DNA of 64,000 nt from Verrucomicrobiia bacterium. GTDB taxonomy: Bacteria; Verrucomicrobiota; Verrucomicrobiia; Limisphaerales; UBA11358. The stretch spans positions 76,893 through 140,892 of the forward strand of contig JBAPQW010000014.1 of NCBI GenBank assembly GCA_049280815.1. The letters run 5' to 3'. Shown piece by piece: positions 28,157-37,285 of this stretch (position 1 is its first letter; each line of letters begins with the position of its first letter). The notes under the pieces are model-generated. The model saw nothing but the letters and a program-made list of their open reading frames with translations. It searched no databases and was not told the DNA's origin. The position numbers and the translations under genes are program-made.

Positions 28157-29254
28157 TTAGTTTGATGCGCGTCCCGTGACGCCCTTGGTTCCCTTGGTGA
28201 TGGCCCGGGCGGGTTCCTTCGGACGCAGGGCGCGGACGGCGGCGCCGGCGCGCCACATTTCCGAGTTGTGGAGCTGGTCCAGTTCCTTCTGCAACAGCTT
28301 CTGGTAATTCGAGCCACCGCAGGCGGAAAGCACCCGAGTACATTCTCGGCCGTCCTTGACGCGCCGATACAGGTCCTTGAACACCGGCAACGTCGCCTTC
28401 TTGAAGTGCGGTTTCCAGTCCAGCGCGCCGCGCTGGGCGGTGGCGGAGCAGTTGGAATACATCCAGTCCATCCCATTCTCATCCACTAGCCGGATGAGGC
28501 TCTGAGTGAGTTCCTCGACGGTTTCATTGAACGCCTCGCTCGGCGAATGGCCGTGGGCGCGCAGCACCTCGTATTGCGCCTCCATGACGCCAGCCAGCGC
28601 CCCCATCAAAATGCCGCGTTCGCCGGTAAGGTCGCTGAACACCTCGAGCTGGAACGTGGTGGGGAACAGATAGCCGGAACCGACGCCAATGCCCAGCGCC
28701 AGGCAGCGCTCGGTGGCGCGGCCGGTGTAATCCTGGCCGACGGCAAAGCTGGAATTGATGCCCGCGCCGGTGAGGAAGTTGCGGCGGACGTTCAGGCCGG
28801 AACCCTTCGGCGCCACCATGATCACGTCCACGTTTTTCGGCGGGATGACGCCGGTCTGTTTCTTGTAGGCGATGGAAAAGCCGTGTGAAAAATAAAGCGC
28901 CGCACCGGGTTTCAAGTGTTTCTTGACCGTCGGCCAGATCTGGCGTTGGGCGGCATCCGAAACCAGCATCTGGATGACCGTGCCCTTTTGCACCGCTTCC
29001 TTGATGTCGAACAGGGTCTTGCCGGGCTTCCAGCCATCGGCCTTGGCGCGGTTCCAGCCCTTGCCGCCGGGGCGGTTGCCGATGATGACGTTGAAGCCGT
29101 TGTCGCGGAGGTTCAGCGCCTGGGCCGGTCCCTGCACGCCGTAACCGATGATGGCGATGGTTTCGTTCTTCAGCACCTTGCGCGCCCGGGCCATCGGGAA
29201 TTCCTTCCGGGTGATGACCTTTTCCTTGGTTCCGCCAAAATCAATGATTGCCAT
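28157..29254 (-). CDS. ilvC: ketol-acid reductoisomerase
   Basis: IAIIGYGVQGPAQALNLRDNGFNVIIG and AQRGALDW motifs. Confidence 0.93.
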   Translation of the reverse strand: MAIIDFGGTKEKVITRKEFPMARARKVLKNETIAIIGYGVQGPAQALNLRDNGFNVIIGNRPGGKGWNRAKADGWKPGKTLFDIKEAVQKGTVIQMLVSDAAQRQIWPTVKKHLKPGAALYFSHGFSIAYKKQTGVIPPKNVDVIMVAPKGSGLNVRRNFLTGAGINSSFAVGQDYTGRATERCLALGIGVGSGYLFPTTFQLEVFSDLTGERGILMGALAGVMEAQYEVLRAHGHSPSEAFNETVEELTQSLIRLVDENGMDWMYSNCSATAQRGALDWKPHFKKATLPVFKDLYRRVKDGRECTRVLSACGGSNYQKLLQKELDQLHNSEMWRAGAAVRALRPKEPARAITKGTKGVTGRASN

Positions 29255-29389
29255 AATCTTCTCTTTCTTCGCTGGTATTGGTTTGTCTCTTTAACTCGTC
29301 AAATGAACCCTGAATCTTAGCCGCCTTGGCGTGCCAGTCAAACGGAAACACGGCGCGGGTAAAGTCGTGAAGCCCGGGTCCGGGTCCGG

Positions 29390-29863
29390 TTATTTGCGGG
29401 GCAAGGCGACCTTGCCGGTGCGCGTGATTTCCTGGACGCCGAACGAATCCATCAGGCTGATGAACTTTTCCACCTTGCTTTCGGTGCCGGTGATTTCAAT
29501 GGCGAGCGTCTTGGGCTGCACGTCCACGATTTTCGCGCGAAAAATATCGGTGATCTGCATCACCTCGGCGCGCGACTTGGCGTCCACGCCCACTTTGACG
29601 AGCACCAGTTCCCGGTCCACGTATTCGCCCTCGTGAAAATCCTGCACCTTGATGACATCCGGCAGCTTGTTGAGCTGCTTGACAATTTGTTCCAGCGTGG
29701 CCTCGTCGCCGTGGGTGACGATGGTCATGCGCGACGTCTTGGGGTCCTGGGTTGGGCCGACGTTGAGGGTGTCGATGTTGTAGCCGCGGCCGCTGAACAG
29801 GCCGGCCACGCGCGTGAGCACGCCGAACTTGTTCTCGACCAAAATCGAAATGGTATGTCGCAT
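29390..29863 (-). CDS. ilvN: acetolactate synthase small (regulatory) subunit
   Basis: MRHTISILVENKFGVLTRVAGLFSGRGYNIDTLNVGPT is an ACT domain. No large-subunit gene is adjacent. Confidence 0.9.
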   Translation of the reverse strand: MRHTISILVENKFGVLTRVAGLFSGRGYNIDTLNVGPTQDPKTSRMTIVTHGDEATLEQIVKQLNKLPDVIKVQDFHEGEYVDRELVLVKVGVDAKSRAEVMQITDIFRAKIVDVQPKTLAIEITGTESKVEKFISLMDSFGVQEITRTGKVALPRK

Positions 29864-30080
29864 AAATTCCCGTTGGAACGGAGGAAAAGGCTAACAACCC
29901 TTCAAGCCACGGTCAATTTTCAATTTCGAATGGCATGCTTGGGCCGCCGAAATCATGTTTCACTCCGGAGCCATGGTGGTGCAGAGAACTTCGTGTGAAT
30001 GGGTGAATTCACGTCTGGTTTTGACGCTTTCGGCGCCTCGCCGATGGCTTGGTTTCCCGTCCGGTGCGGCGAGGAGCTGG

Positions 30081-30392
30081 TTAAAAATACCGGTCGATCA
30101 CCCGGGTGATGCGGTCGTTCACGTAAACGGTGTTGCGGTGACCAAACAACGGTTTGCGCCGTTTCTCGATCCGCACGTCCGATTTCTCCCGGCCATCAAT
30201 CACAAAGTGGTAAACTTCGTGGATCGGTTCGTTGAAGACGCGGGTGGACTGGAAAACCGGCTGTTTGTCCACGCGGATGCTCAGGGTGCCGCAAAGCTGG
30301 TTGAAATTGAATTCGACGAGGTGTCTTTCCGAGCTGCCAACTTCGAGGGCGAATTTCATACGTCGTGTGTCTCTGTTCCATTGCTTAAACAT
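30081..30392 (-). CDS. hypothetical small protein
   Basis: 103-aa ORF (alternative ATG 30359 gives 92 aa). No family recognised. The composition looks like real coding sequence. Confidence 0.45.
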   Translation of the reverse strand: MFKQWNRDTRRMKFALEVGSSERHLVEFNFNQLCGTLSIRVDKQPVFQSTRVFNEPIHEVYHFVIDGREKSDVRIEKRRKPLFGHRNTVYVNDRITRVIDRYF

Positions 30393-30720
30393 GCAATCCT
30401 CGTGCCACTTATGCGGAGCAGCTCACCCGCCGGCCTTTTCGGCATTGCGGGGTGCCGGTTGCTACGCCCCGGCCGCAATCCCGGCGAATTCGGGGCGGTT
30501 GAAGGAACGCTGCGGTTCCCCCTGTCTGAATTGCTTCACCGGTGACCCCGAAATAGGTATTGCTGCGGCGGCGGGGTGTCCATTTGTTGGAGGGCAGTCC
30601 AAAAACCGGCGAAGCTTTCCTGGTATATTTGTTCCATGGCGGTTGACCGGGCTGGCATTGCCTTCAGCCCGGAAAACAACATTCGGGCCTTTTCACTTTG
30701 CCCCTCAGACCCTTCCAGAA

Positions 30721-31542
30721 TCAAAAGAACGGGTTATGCGCCTTTTCCTCCGCCACCGTCGTCAACGGGCCGTGGCCGGGGCAAATCAGTGTCTCCGGCG
30801 GCAGCGTAAAAATCTGGTCGCGCACCTTTTGCCGCGCCAGCTCCCACGACGGGTTGCCCCGCCCGATGGACCCGGCAAAAATGGCATCGCCCACGACGGC
30901 CACGTGCGGCGCGTCCTCCTGCCAGTTGCCGATGACATAAGTCACCGCATCCTCGGCATGGCCGGGAGTTTCGCGATACGTCACTCGCAAGCCGCCCAGA
31001 TGAACGATTTCGCTCGTTTTGTTGCGCTGGTCCACGGGCGCATTCTTGGAACTGCTGTGCAGCCGCACTTTGGGAAAAGCCTCGCGGATGGCGCCGAGCG
31101 CGCTCACGTGGTCGAAATGCGAGTGTGTGATGAAGACGTGTCGCAGGGCCAGACCTTCCGCGTCGACGGTGTCCCGGACCAGCTTTGCATCAAAGCCGGT
31201 GTCGAACAGCGCCGCGTCGCGGGTGACCTCATCCCAGATCAAAAAGCAATTTACCGTGATCCCTTCAGCGGCGGTGGTGAACACGCGCAATTCACGCCAC
31301 GGACTCAGGTCCGTTTCCGCCGGATGCCAGCCATCGGCAATGCCTTCGAGTTTGGCCGCGTTCAGTCCGAGGACGGTGGCGAGGGTCTTGAAATCCGGAC
31401 GCTGGGCCGCGTGCCCGGTTTGCTCGAGCCCGGACAATTCGGTTTCGGTGATGCCCGCCGCTCGGGCCGCGGTGGCGGTGGAAACGCCGCTCATGGCCCG
31501 CGCCTTGCAGATAATATCGCCCAAATGGTCTTCAAGATTCAC
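30721..31542 (-). CDS. XRE-type HTH fused to MBL-fold metallo-hydrolase
   Basis: N-terminal LGDIICKARAMSGVSTATAARAAGITETELSGLEQTG, then MBL motifs HVFITHSHFDH, TPGH and GDAIFAGSIGR. Start set to GTG 31542. The long ORF to 31857 would overlap a better small + strand ORF and the surA-like upstream region. Confidence 0.75.
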   Translation of the reverse strand: MNLEDHLGDIICKARAMSGVSTATAARAAGITETELSGLEQTGHAAQRPDFKTLATVLGLNAAKLEGIADGWHPAETDLSPWRELRVFTTAAEGITVNCFLIWDEVTRDAALFDTGFDAKLVRDTVDAEGLALRHVFITHSHFDHVSALGAIREAFPKVRLHSSSKNAPVDQRNKTSEIVHLGGLRVTYRETPGHAEDAVTYVIGNWQEDAPHVAVVGDAIFAGSIGRGNPSWELARQKVRDQIFTLPPETLICPGHGPLTTVAEEKAHNPFF

Positions 31543-31637
31543 GCCGTTTACCTTAGCGGTCGGCGCTGGCAATCGCAAGCAAACGACTTGAACCCCAGCG
31601 GGTCGTATGTTAGAAATTTGGCAGGAATCAGAACCAC

Positions 31638-31814
31638 ATGTTTCGTCCAAAGGCCGAAAAAGAGCCGGAACGTTTTTATTTGTTGCCGGGGCAGGGTGGG
31701 CGCGCAGCCCGTCGCAAGCGGCTTTACTTTCTAAAATGGTCCATCGTGGCCGCGTTGGGAGTGTCGGGCATTTTGGGGCTGGTGATGTATTTGCTGAATC
31801 GTCTCCGTCTGTGA
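31638..31814 (+). CDS. candidate 58-aa membrane protein (below the ORF-track size cutoff)
   Basis: ATG 31638 to TGA 31812-31814: MFRPKAEKEPERFYLLPGQGGRAARRKRLYFLKWSIVAALGVSGILGLVMYLLNRLRL. It has a basic N-terminus and one clear TM helix, 51 nt upstream of the surA-like ATG. Confidence 0.4.
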   Translation: MFRPKAEKEPERFYLLPGQGGRAARRKRLYFLKWSIVAALGVSGILGLVMYLLNRLRL

Positions 31815-31865
31815 GTGACGCGCTTGACCCGCCGGGGTTTGTTGTTAACATGCGCACGGATTTTG

Positions 31866-32825
31866 ATGAAGTTTTTCCGTTTTATTCCGTTGCTGGCGGC
31901 GGCTGTTTGTTTCAGCCTGCCGTTGCACGCGGAATTGGTTGATGGCGTCAAGGCGGTGGTCAGCAGCGGGGTCGTCACGATTGGTGAAGTTGATGATTTT
32001 GTCATGCCGGCGGCCCAGGCGTTGCATCGGGAATATGCCGGGGATCAGGCCATGTTCCAGCAGAAGCTCGACAGTGCGCTCAACGACGGTCTGGAACAAT
32101 TGATTGAGCGACAGTTGATTTTGCGCGATTTTGACGTCGAACAGTACCGGTTGCCGGACACCGTGGTGGACGAACTGGTCCAGGAACGCATCCGCGACAA
32201 GTTTGGCGACCGCATCACCCTGATGAAAACCCTCCAGGCGCAGGGCCAGACATTCGAGAAATTCCGCCAGGAGGTGCGCGATCAATACATCGTTTCCGCC
32301 TTGCGCGCCAAAAACATTTCCCCGGACAAAATCATCATCTCGCCCTACAAGGTGGAAACCTATTATCTGGCTCATCAGGATGATTTCAAGGTCGAGGACC
32401 AGATCAAACTCCGCATGATCGTACTCAACAAGCCATCCGGCGACGATACCAACACCTTGAGCCTGGCCAACGATATCCTGGCCAAGATCAAGGAAGGCGC
32501 GACGTTCCAGGAAATGGCCTCCGTTTACTCGCAAGGCTCGCAACGCAGCGAGGGCGGCGATTGGGGCTGGGTCGAACGCTCGGTTTTGCGCAAGGAACTG
32601 GCCGAAACCGCCTTCGCGCTCCAGCCCGGCCAGGTCAGCGGCGTGGTGGAAACCCCGGAGGCTTGTTATCTGATGCTCGTCGAACAGACGCGCCCCGCCC
32701 ATGTCAAACCGCTCACTGAAGTGCGTGATGATATCGAGGTAACCCTGCGCACGCAGGCGCAGAAGCAGCTCGAACAGCAGTGGATTGCGCAGTTGAAAAG
32801 GAAAACGTTCATCCGCCTGTTCTAA
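31866..32825 (+). CDS. peptidyl-prolyl cis-trans isomerase, SurA/PrsA-like (parvulin domain)
   Basis: Signal peptide MKFFRFIPLLAAAVCFSLPLHA, SurA-like chaperone region, then a PPIC-type domain (IKLRMIVL...GGDWGWVER...ACYLMLVE). Confidence 0.85.
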   Translation: MKFFRFIPLLAAAVCFSLPLHAELVDGVKAVVSSGVVTIGEVDDFVMPAAQALHREYAGDQAMFQQKLDSALNDGLEQLIERQLILRDFDVEQYRLPDTVVDELVQERIRDKFGDRITLMKTLQAQGQTFEKFRQEVRDQYIVSALRAKNISPDKIIISPYKVETYYLAHQDDFKVEDQIKLRMIVLNKPSGDDTNTLSLANDILAKIKEGATFQEMASVYSQGSQRSEGGDWGWVERSVLRKELAETAFALQPGQVSGVVETPEACYLMLVEQTRPAHVKPLTEVRDDIEVTLRTQAQKQLEQQWIAQLKRKTFIRLF

Positions 32826-32851
32826 GTTCCGCCGTGAGTGGGGACTTTTTC

Positions 32852-32879
32852 TTCAACCCTTAACCCACAACTCCTAACG
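32852..32879. repeat. degenerate heptamer array TTCAACC CTTAACC CACAACT CCTAACG
   Basis: Four 7-nt units of consensus YYNAACY ending 3 nt before the pdxA ATG 32883. Confidence 0.65.
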
Positions 32880-32882
32880 CCC

Positions 32883-33872
32883 ATGACTGGCTGGATCGGC
32901 ATCTCCCTCGGCGATGTCACCGGCATTGGTCCGGAGGTCGCCCTCAAAGCCGTTGCGGCCGAAGCTCCGGGTGACGGAGCGAAATATTTGTTCATCGGCG
33001 ACGAAAACCAGCTTCAGCGGCTTGTTCAGAAGTTGGGACTCGATTTGCCGCTGAAGAAGTTTTCCGGCTACAGCGGCCCCGGGCGGTTCTTCGTTACGAA
33101 TCCCCTGGCCGGACCACTGCCGGATAATTTGCCGGCCGGTGCGCCGGCGGCGGCGAATGCCGCGGTAGCCTGGCTGCGCGAAGGTGCGGAACGCTGCCTT
33201 CGCCGTGAGCTTGATGCGCTCGTCACCGCCCCCGTCAACAAGGAATCCATCGTCCGCGCCGGCCATCCATTTACCGGCCAGACCGGATTTCTCTCCGCAC
33301 TCGCCGGGGCCAAACGGACGGCGATGATGCTGCTGGGCACGGATGAGCGCGGACGCTGGTTGCGGGTGGCGCTGGCCACGGTCCATATTGCCATCAAGTC
33401 CGTTCCCGAACAGCTTACGGCGGAGAGCATCAATCTGGCCATCGAACTCGCTGTTCAAGCATGCCGCGATTTAGACCTGCCGCGCGCAAAAATTGCGGTC
33501 GCCGGTTTGAATCCGCATGCCGGCGAAGGCGGGGAATTTGGCGATGAAGAAATAAAAACCATTGCGCCGGCGGTGCTCGCGGCACAAAAACGAGGCCTGG
33601 ATGTCGTCGGCCCGTTGAGCGGCGACACGGTGTTTCACTATGCGTTGCAGGGGAATTTCGATGCTGTCGTGGCGATGTATCACGACCAGGGTTTGGCGCC
33701 GCTGAAAGCCGTGGCGTTCGACTCGGGGGTGAACTGGACGCTCGGTTTGCCGTTCATCCGCACCTCGCCCGACCACGGCACGGCTTATGACATCGCCGGA
33801 AAGGGAATTGCCAATCCATCCTCCATGGTTGCCGCGATCCGATTGGCGAAACAGCTGGCACGTTCCAGGTAG
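32883..33872 (+). CDS. pdxA: 4-hydroxythreonine-4-phosphate dehydrogenase
   Basis: IGISLGDVTGIGPEV, VTAPVNK, GLNPHAGEGG, VAMYHDQGL, IRTSPDHGTAYDIAGKG. ATG 32883 matches the usual PdxA N-terminus. GTG 32838 would translate the heptamer array. Confidence 0.92.
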   Translation: MTGWIGISLGDVTGIGPEVALKAVAAEAPGDGAKYLFIGDENQLQRLVQKLGLDLPLKKFSGYSGPGRFFVTNPLAGPLPDNLPAGAPAAANAAVAWLREGAERCLRRELDALVTAPVNKESIVRAGHPFTGQTGFLSALAGAKRTAMMLLGTDERGRWLRVALATVHIAIKSVPEQLTAESINLAIELAVQACRDLDLPRAKIAVAGLNPHAGEGGEFGDEEIKTIAPAVLAAQKRGLDVVGPLSGDTVFHYALQGNFDAVVAMYHDQGLAPLKAVAFDSGVNWTLGLPFIRTSPDHGTAYDIAGKGIANPSSMVAAIRLAKQLARSR

Positions 33873-33892
33873 GGACGACCTGCTGGTCGTCC
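33873..33892. terminator. hairpin between convergent pdxA and trpC (possible terminator, no U-tract)
   Basis: GGACGACC-TGCT-GGTCGTCC, a perfect 8-bp stem directly after the pdxA stop. Confidence 0.4.
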
Positions 33893-33922
33893 GAGGCTGC
33901 GCCGCAGCGCGGCCCTGCCAAA

Positions 33923-34765
33923 TCAACCGATCAACGCGCGGACTTTCGTGCCGATGTCGCCGCCTTTCATCAGGGATTCACCGACCAGGATCGCCTTCGC
34001 ACCGCACTGCTTCAAACGCTCCACATCCGCGCGCGTGTGAATGCCGCTTTCTGCCACCAGCAAAGGACAGGGCGGAGGATTGGGCATGGAGGATGGCGTG
34101 GAAGTTTTTGCCATCTTCGATCTGCCAACTTTCATCACCGCCGCCAGAAGCTCCGTCGTCGCCAGGTCCACCTCGAAATTTTTCAAATTGCGGTTGTTCA
34201 CGCCGATGAGCGTCGGGGAGATTTTCAACGCGCGGTCCAATTCTGGCTCATCGTGGACTTCAACCAGGACGGCGAGGCCGGATTCCGTCGCGAGCGAATG
34301 GAATTTTTCCAGCTGTTCGTCGCTTAAAATCGCGACGATGAGCAGGATGGCGTCCGCGCCCCACTCGCTGGATTCGAGGATTTGCCGCTCATCGATGATG
34401 AAATCCTTGCGCAGCAACGGCAGCTTCACCGCCGCGCGGATTTGCCGGAGATAATCGAGCGACCCCTGGAAAAACTTCTCATCGGTCAAAACGGACAGGC
34501 AGCTGGCGCCGCCTGCCTCGTAGGCTTTGGCGATGCGAACGGGGTCAAAGTCCTGGCAAATGACGCCGGCGGACGGCGACGCCTTTTTAACCTCGGCAAT
34601 CAATGCCAGGTCGCCCCGGCGCGGCTGGCGCAAGGCGGCGAGGAAATCGCGCCGTTCACCGCGTTCGAGCAAGGCATCGCGCAAATCGCCCGCGGCAAGC
34701 ACGCGCTCGGAAAGGCGGGCGACCTCCAGTTTTTTCTCAGCCACGATTTTATCGAGGATGTTCAT
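33923..34765 (-). CDS. trpC: indole-3-glycerol phosphate synthase
   Basis: LIAEVKKASPSAG, LSVLTDEKFFQGS, LRKDFIIDERQI, IGVNNRNL, VAESGI. Confidence 0.92.
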   Translation of the reverse strand: MNILDKIVAEKKLEVARLSERVLAAGDLRDALLERGERRDFLAALRQPRRGDLALIAEVKKASPSAGVICQDFDPVRIAKAYEAGGASCLSVLTDEKFFQGSLDYLRQIRAAVKLPLLRKDFIIDERQILESSEWGADAILLIVAILSDEQLEKFHSLATESGLAVLVEVHDEPELDRALKISPTLIGVNNRNLKNFEVDLATTELLAAVMKVGRSKMAKTSTPSSMPNPPPCPLLVAESGIHTRADVERLKQCGAKAILVGESLMKGGDIGTKVRALIG

Positions 34766-34770
34766 CGGAA

Positions 34771-34894
34771 AATGACTAATGACTAAATACTAATGACTAA
34801 AGTATGACGAAGCACGAATCCTGATAAACGTGCGCCGTTCGTCATTCGAGCAATTGGGCATTCTTTAGTCATTCGTCATTATGGTTTAGTCATT
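34771..34894. repeat. inverted heptamer arrays (AATGACT units vs AGTCATT/CGTCATT units) filling the prfB-trpC spacer
   Basis: Left array 34771-34805 (AATGACT AATGACT AAATACT AATGACT AAAGTAT). Central hairpin GACGAAGCACG...CGTGCgccgTTCGTC. Right array 34840-34894 (CGTCATT ... AGTCATT CGTCATT ATGGTTT AGTCATT). Confidence 0.85.
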
Positions 34895-36040
34895 TATTCT
34901 TCCTCATCCTTCACGCCCTGCATCCGTTTTGCCGGGCAGCCGGCGCGCAACCAGCCGTTCACGAACGCATCCAGATCGCCGTCCATTACCCCCTGCACGT
35001 CGCTCGTTTCCACGCCGGTGCGCAAATCCTTCACCATGCGATACGGCTGAAAGACATAGCTGCGAATCTGGTTGCCCCACGAAATGCTGCCCTTCTCGCC
35101 GTAAAACCGTTCCATGTCGGCCTTCTGCGCATCCACCCGCTGGGCGTAAATGCGCGACAGCAACAGTCGCATCGCCGTGGCGCGGTTCTGGTGCTGCGAC
35201 CGCTGGGTTTGCGACGCGACAACGAGGCCGGTCGGAAGGTGGGTGATGCGCACGGCGGTTTCCACCTTGTTCACATTCTGGCCGCCCTTGCCCCCGGAAC
35301 GAAACGTATCCACGTGGAATTCATTCGGCGGGACCACGATTTCCGACGACGTTTCCTCAATTTCCGCAATCGCGTCCACGCTGGCGAAGCTGGTGTGGCG
35401 GCGTTTGTTGGAATCAAACGGCGAGATGCGCACGAGCCGGTGGACACCCCGTTCGGCCTTGGCAAAGCCGTAGGCGTTTTCCCCCTGGAGCAGCATCGTG
35501 ACGCTCTTGAGGCCCGCGCCTTCGCCGGGCAACGCGTCGGTGATGTCGACCTCCCAGCCGCGCGATTCGGCCCAGCGCTGATACATGCGCGAAAGCATTT
35601 CCGCCCAATCCTGCGCCTCGGTGCCGCCGGCGCCGGCATTGATGCTGAGGATGCAATTCTTCCGGTCATGCGGCCCGTTGAGAAAAACCTTCAGCTCCAG
35701 GATTTCGAGTTCCTTGAAAAATCGGGCGAGGTCGCGGGTGAGTTCCTTTTCCACCTGGGCCTGGGCTTCCGGCGGTTCGGCCTCGCCCAGCTCGAGCATG
35801 ACGCGGAAATCTTCCAGCTTCTTTTCCGCCTGGAGCAGCGGTTCGATCTTGTTGCGGAGGGAGTTCGCCTCGTCGATCAGCGTCTGCGCCTTCTCGCGGT
35901 TGTTCCAGAAATTATCGGTGGCCATGAGCGCATTGAGTTCGCCCAGGCGTTTTTGCGCGTTGGGGACGTCAAAGAAACCTCCGCAGGTGCGTAAGCTTCT
36001 CGGCGGCGGTGGCAATTTCTGTCTTAACCGTTTCGAACAT
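34894..36040 (-). CDS. prfB: peptide chain release factor 2, requires programmed +1 frameshift
   Basis: ORF0 runs from ATG 36040 (MFETVKTEIATAAEKLTHLRRFL) to in-frame TGA 35971-35969. The +1 frame continues from GAC 35970 (DVPNAQKRLGELN...) to TAA 34894-34896. SPF (RISPFDS) and GGQ (GGKGGQNVNK) motifs are present. Joined coordinates: complement(34894..35970,35972..36040). Confidence 0.93.
35968..35983 (-). other. RF2 programmed +1 frameshift site
   Basis: The minus strand reads CGG AGG TTT CTT TGA C, i.e. SD-like GGAGG 3 nt before the canonical CTT TGA C slippery/stop context. Confidence 0.9.
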
Positions 36041-36044
36041 CGGA

Positions 36045-36079
36045 CCAGAATACAGAATCCAGAATCCCGAATCCAGAAC
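36045..36079. repeat. heptamer array CCAGAAT ACAGAAT CCAGAAT CCCGAAT CCAGAAC
   Basis: Five 7-nt units fill the 45-nt spacer between the pseudopilin stop (36086) and the prfB ATG (36040). Confidence 0.85.
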
Positions 36080-36085
36080 GGAAAG

Positions 36086-37285
36086 CTAAAGTCCGCCTTC
36101 GCGTTGCGCCTTTTTTCGTTGCGCTCGTTGCCATGCTTTGAACGCCAGCAGCAGCAGGAAAATCAACAGCACCAGCAAATAGGTCCCGAAGATGATCCTC
36201 CTCGCCGTTTTGATGACGCGCTGGTCAAACGTCAAGGCCGTCGTTTCCGCCTCATTGGTGGTGACCGCAGCTTCGTTTGTCATCGCCTTCGTGTTCGAGC
36301 CGGTTTCAACTGAAGAGGCTCCGGTGGTCTTTGTCTCATCGACAGGTGGAGTCGATTTTGTTGTCGAACTGGTTATGGGATTGTTTTGATTGGCATTCTG
36401 AACGTTGCCAGCTGCCGATGGCGAGCGGACAGACAGATTTGCGGCGGCTGGGTTGATTGGCGCGTCACCATTATTTCCGGTTCCCCTGCTTGGGGGTGAT
36501 CCCCGATTGGCTGGAGCCGATTGCCCCGTATTCCCTGACTGGGCAGAACCACTGTTCTGCGCGCCGCCGCCACTGGTGCTGGATGGATCCGGGGTTATTT
36601 CGGACCCGGGTACAATCGGCCTGACGAGGTCTTCAGTCACGGACTCTTCCGACAGAACAATCGCATTATAAGATTCTTCTACATGTCCATCCGAGAAAAG
36701 GATATTGCCCAATTTCTTGTAATGCAAACCGTCCCATTGGGGTCGCGGCGCAACGGTTGGTATATGGACGATGCCTCTTCGATGAGGGGGCAGATCGGCC
36801 GGGAGGTCGCGGTCACAGGCAAGAATCGCGTTGGGGTTGACGGGATACGCGACCAGGCCGATTTCATAGCTTAAGTTCCAATTGTTAAACTGGTTGAAAT
36901 TCGTGGCCGGCCAACGCTGCAAATCCGCCGGACAAGCCAGCGGCTTGGGAGTGACAAGCCCTTCGGCGAGCGGGCGGAAATGTTGATATGAAAAATAAAA
37001 GGATTGGTCGAAGATCTGATAACCGGCAGTAACGAATTCCAGCGAGCCTTCGTCATTGGTTGAGACCTGCGTGGGAAATTTCCCGCCGTGTTCATTCGCA
37101 AACAAATGGGCGGCGAGCCCTATTTGTTTCAGGTTGCCGACACATTCAATCCGCCTGGCCCGAGCCTGGGCTTGAGCCAATGCCGGCAACAGCAGCGCCG
37201 CCAGAATGCCGATGATGGCGATGACCACCAGCAACTCCACCAGAGAGAACGCACCCGCCCTGCGATTCGATCGGCTGGAATTCAT
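36086..37285 (-). CDS. prepilin-type N-terminal cleavage/methylation domain protein with a long low-complexity tail and a C-terminal TM anchor
   Basis: [38 protein letters not shown]1559-like [11 protein letters not shown] motif. P/S/T/G/N-rich tail, then [19 protein letters not shown] followed by a basic end. Confidence 0.85.
   Translation of the reverse strand: MNSSRSNRRAGAFSLVELLVVIAIIGILAALLLPALAQAQARARRIECVGNLKQIGLAAHLFANEHGGKFPTQVSTNDEGSLEFVTAGYQIFDQSFYFSYQHFRPLAEGLVTPKPLACPADLQRWPATNFNQFNNWNLSYEIGLVAYPVNPNAILACDRDLPADLPPHRRGIVHIPTVAPRPQWDGLHYKKLGNILFSDGHVEESYNAIVLSEESVTEDLVRPIVPGSEITPDPSSTSGGGAQNSGSAQSGNTGQSAPANRGSPPSRGTGNNGDAPINPAAANLSVRSPSAAGNVQNANQNNPITSSTTKSTPPVDETKTTGASSVETGSNTKAMTNEAAVTTNEAETTALTFDQRVIKTARRIIFGTYLLVLLIFLLLLAFKAWQRAQRKKAQREGGL

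Noticed and set aside
29864-30080. Search for a branched-chain amino acid leader peptide or attenuator upstream of ilvN, and likewise upstream of argC, livJ and pyrC.
   Set aside because: The only short ORFs are MAPE, MISAAQACHSKLKI and MPFEIEN. They have no Ile/Leu/Val (or Arg) codon runs, and no terminator sits next to the start codon.
30536-30724. 62-aa ORF ending ...PPPQQYLFRGHR, reminiscent of the start of an FRG-domain protein. It could be a gene remnant.
   Set aside because: It has a TTG start and stops right after the FRG-like motif. None of the three downstream frames continues a recognisable domain, and the region contains a REP-like palindrome (30444-30479). The evidence is too weak to call a pseudogene.
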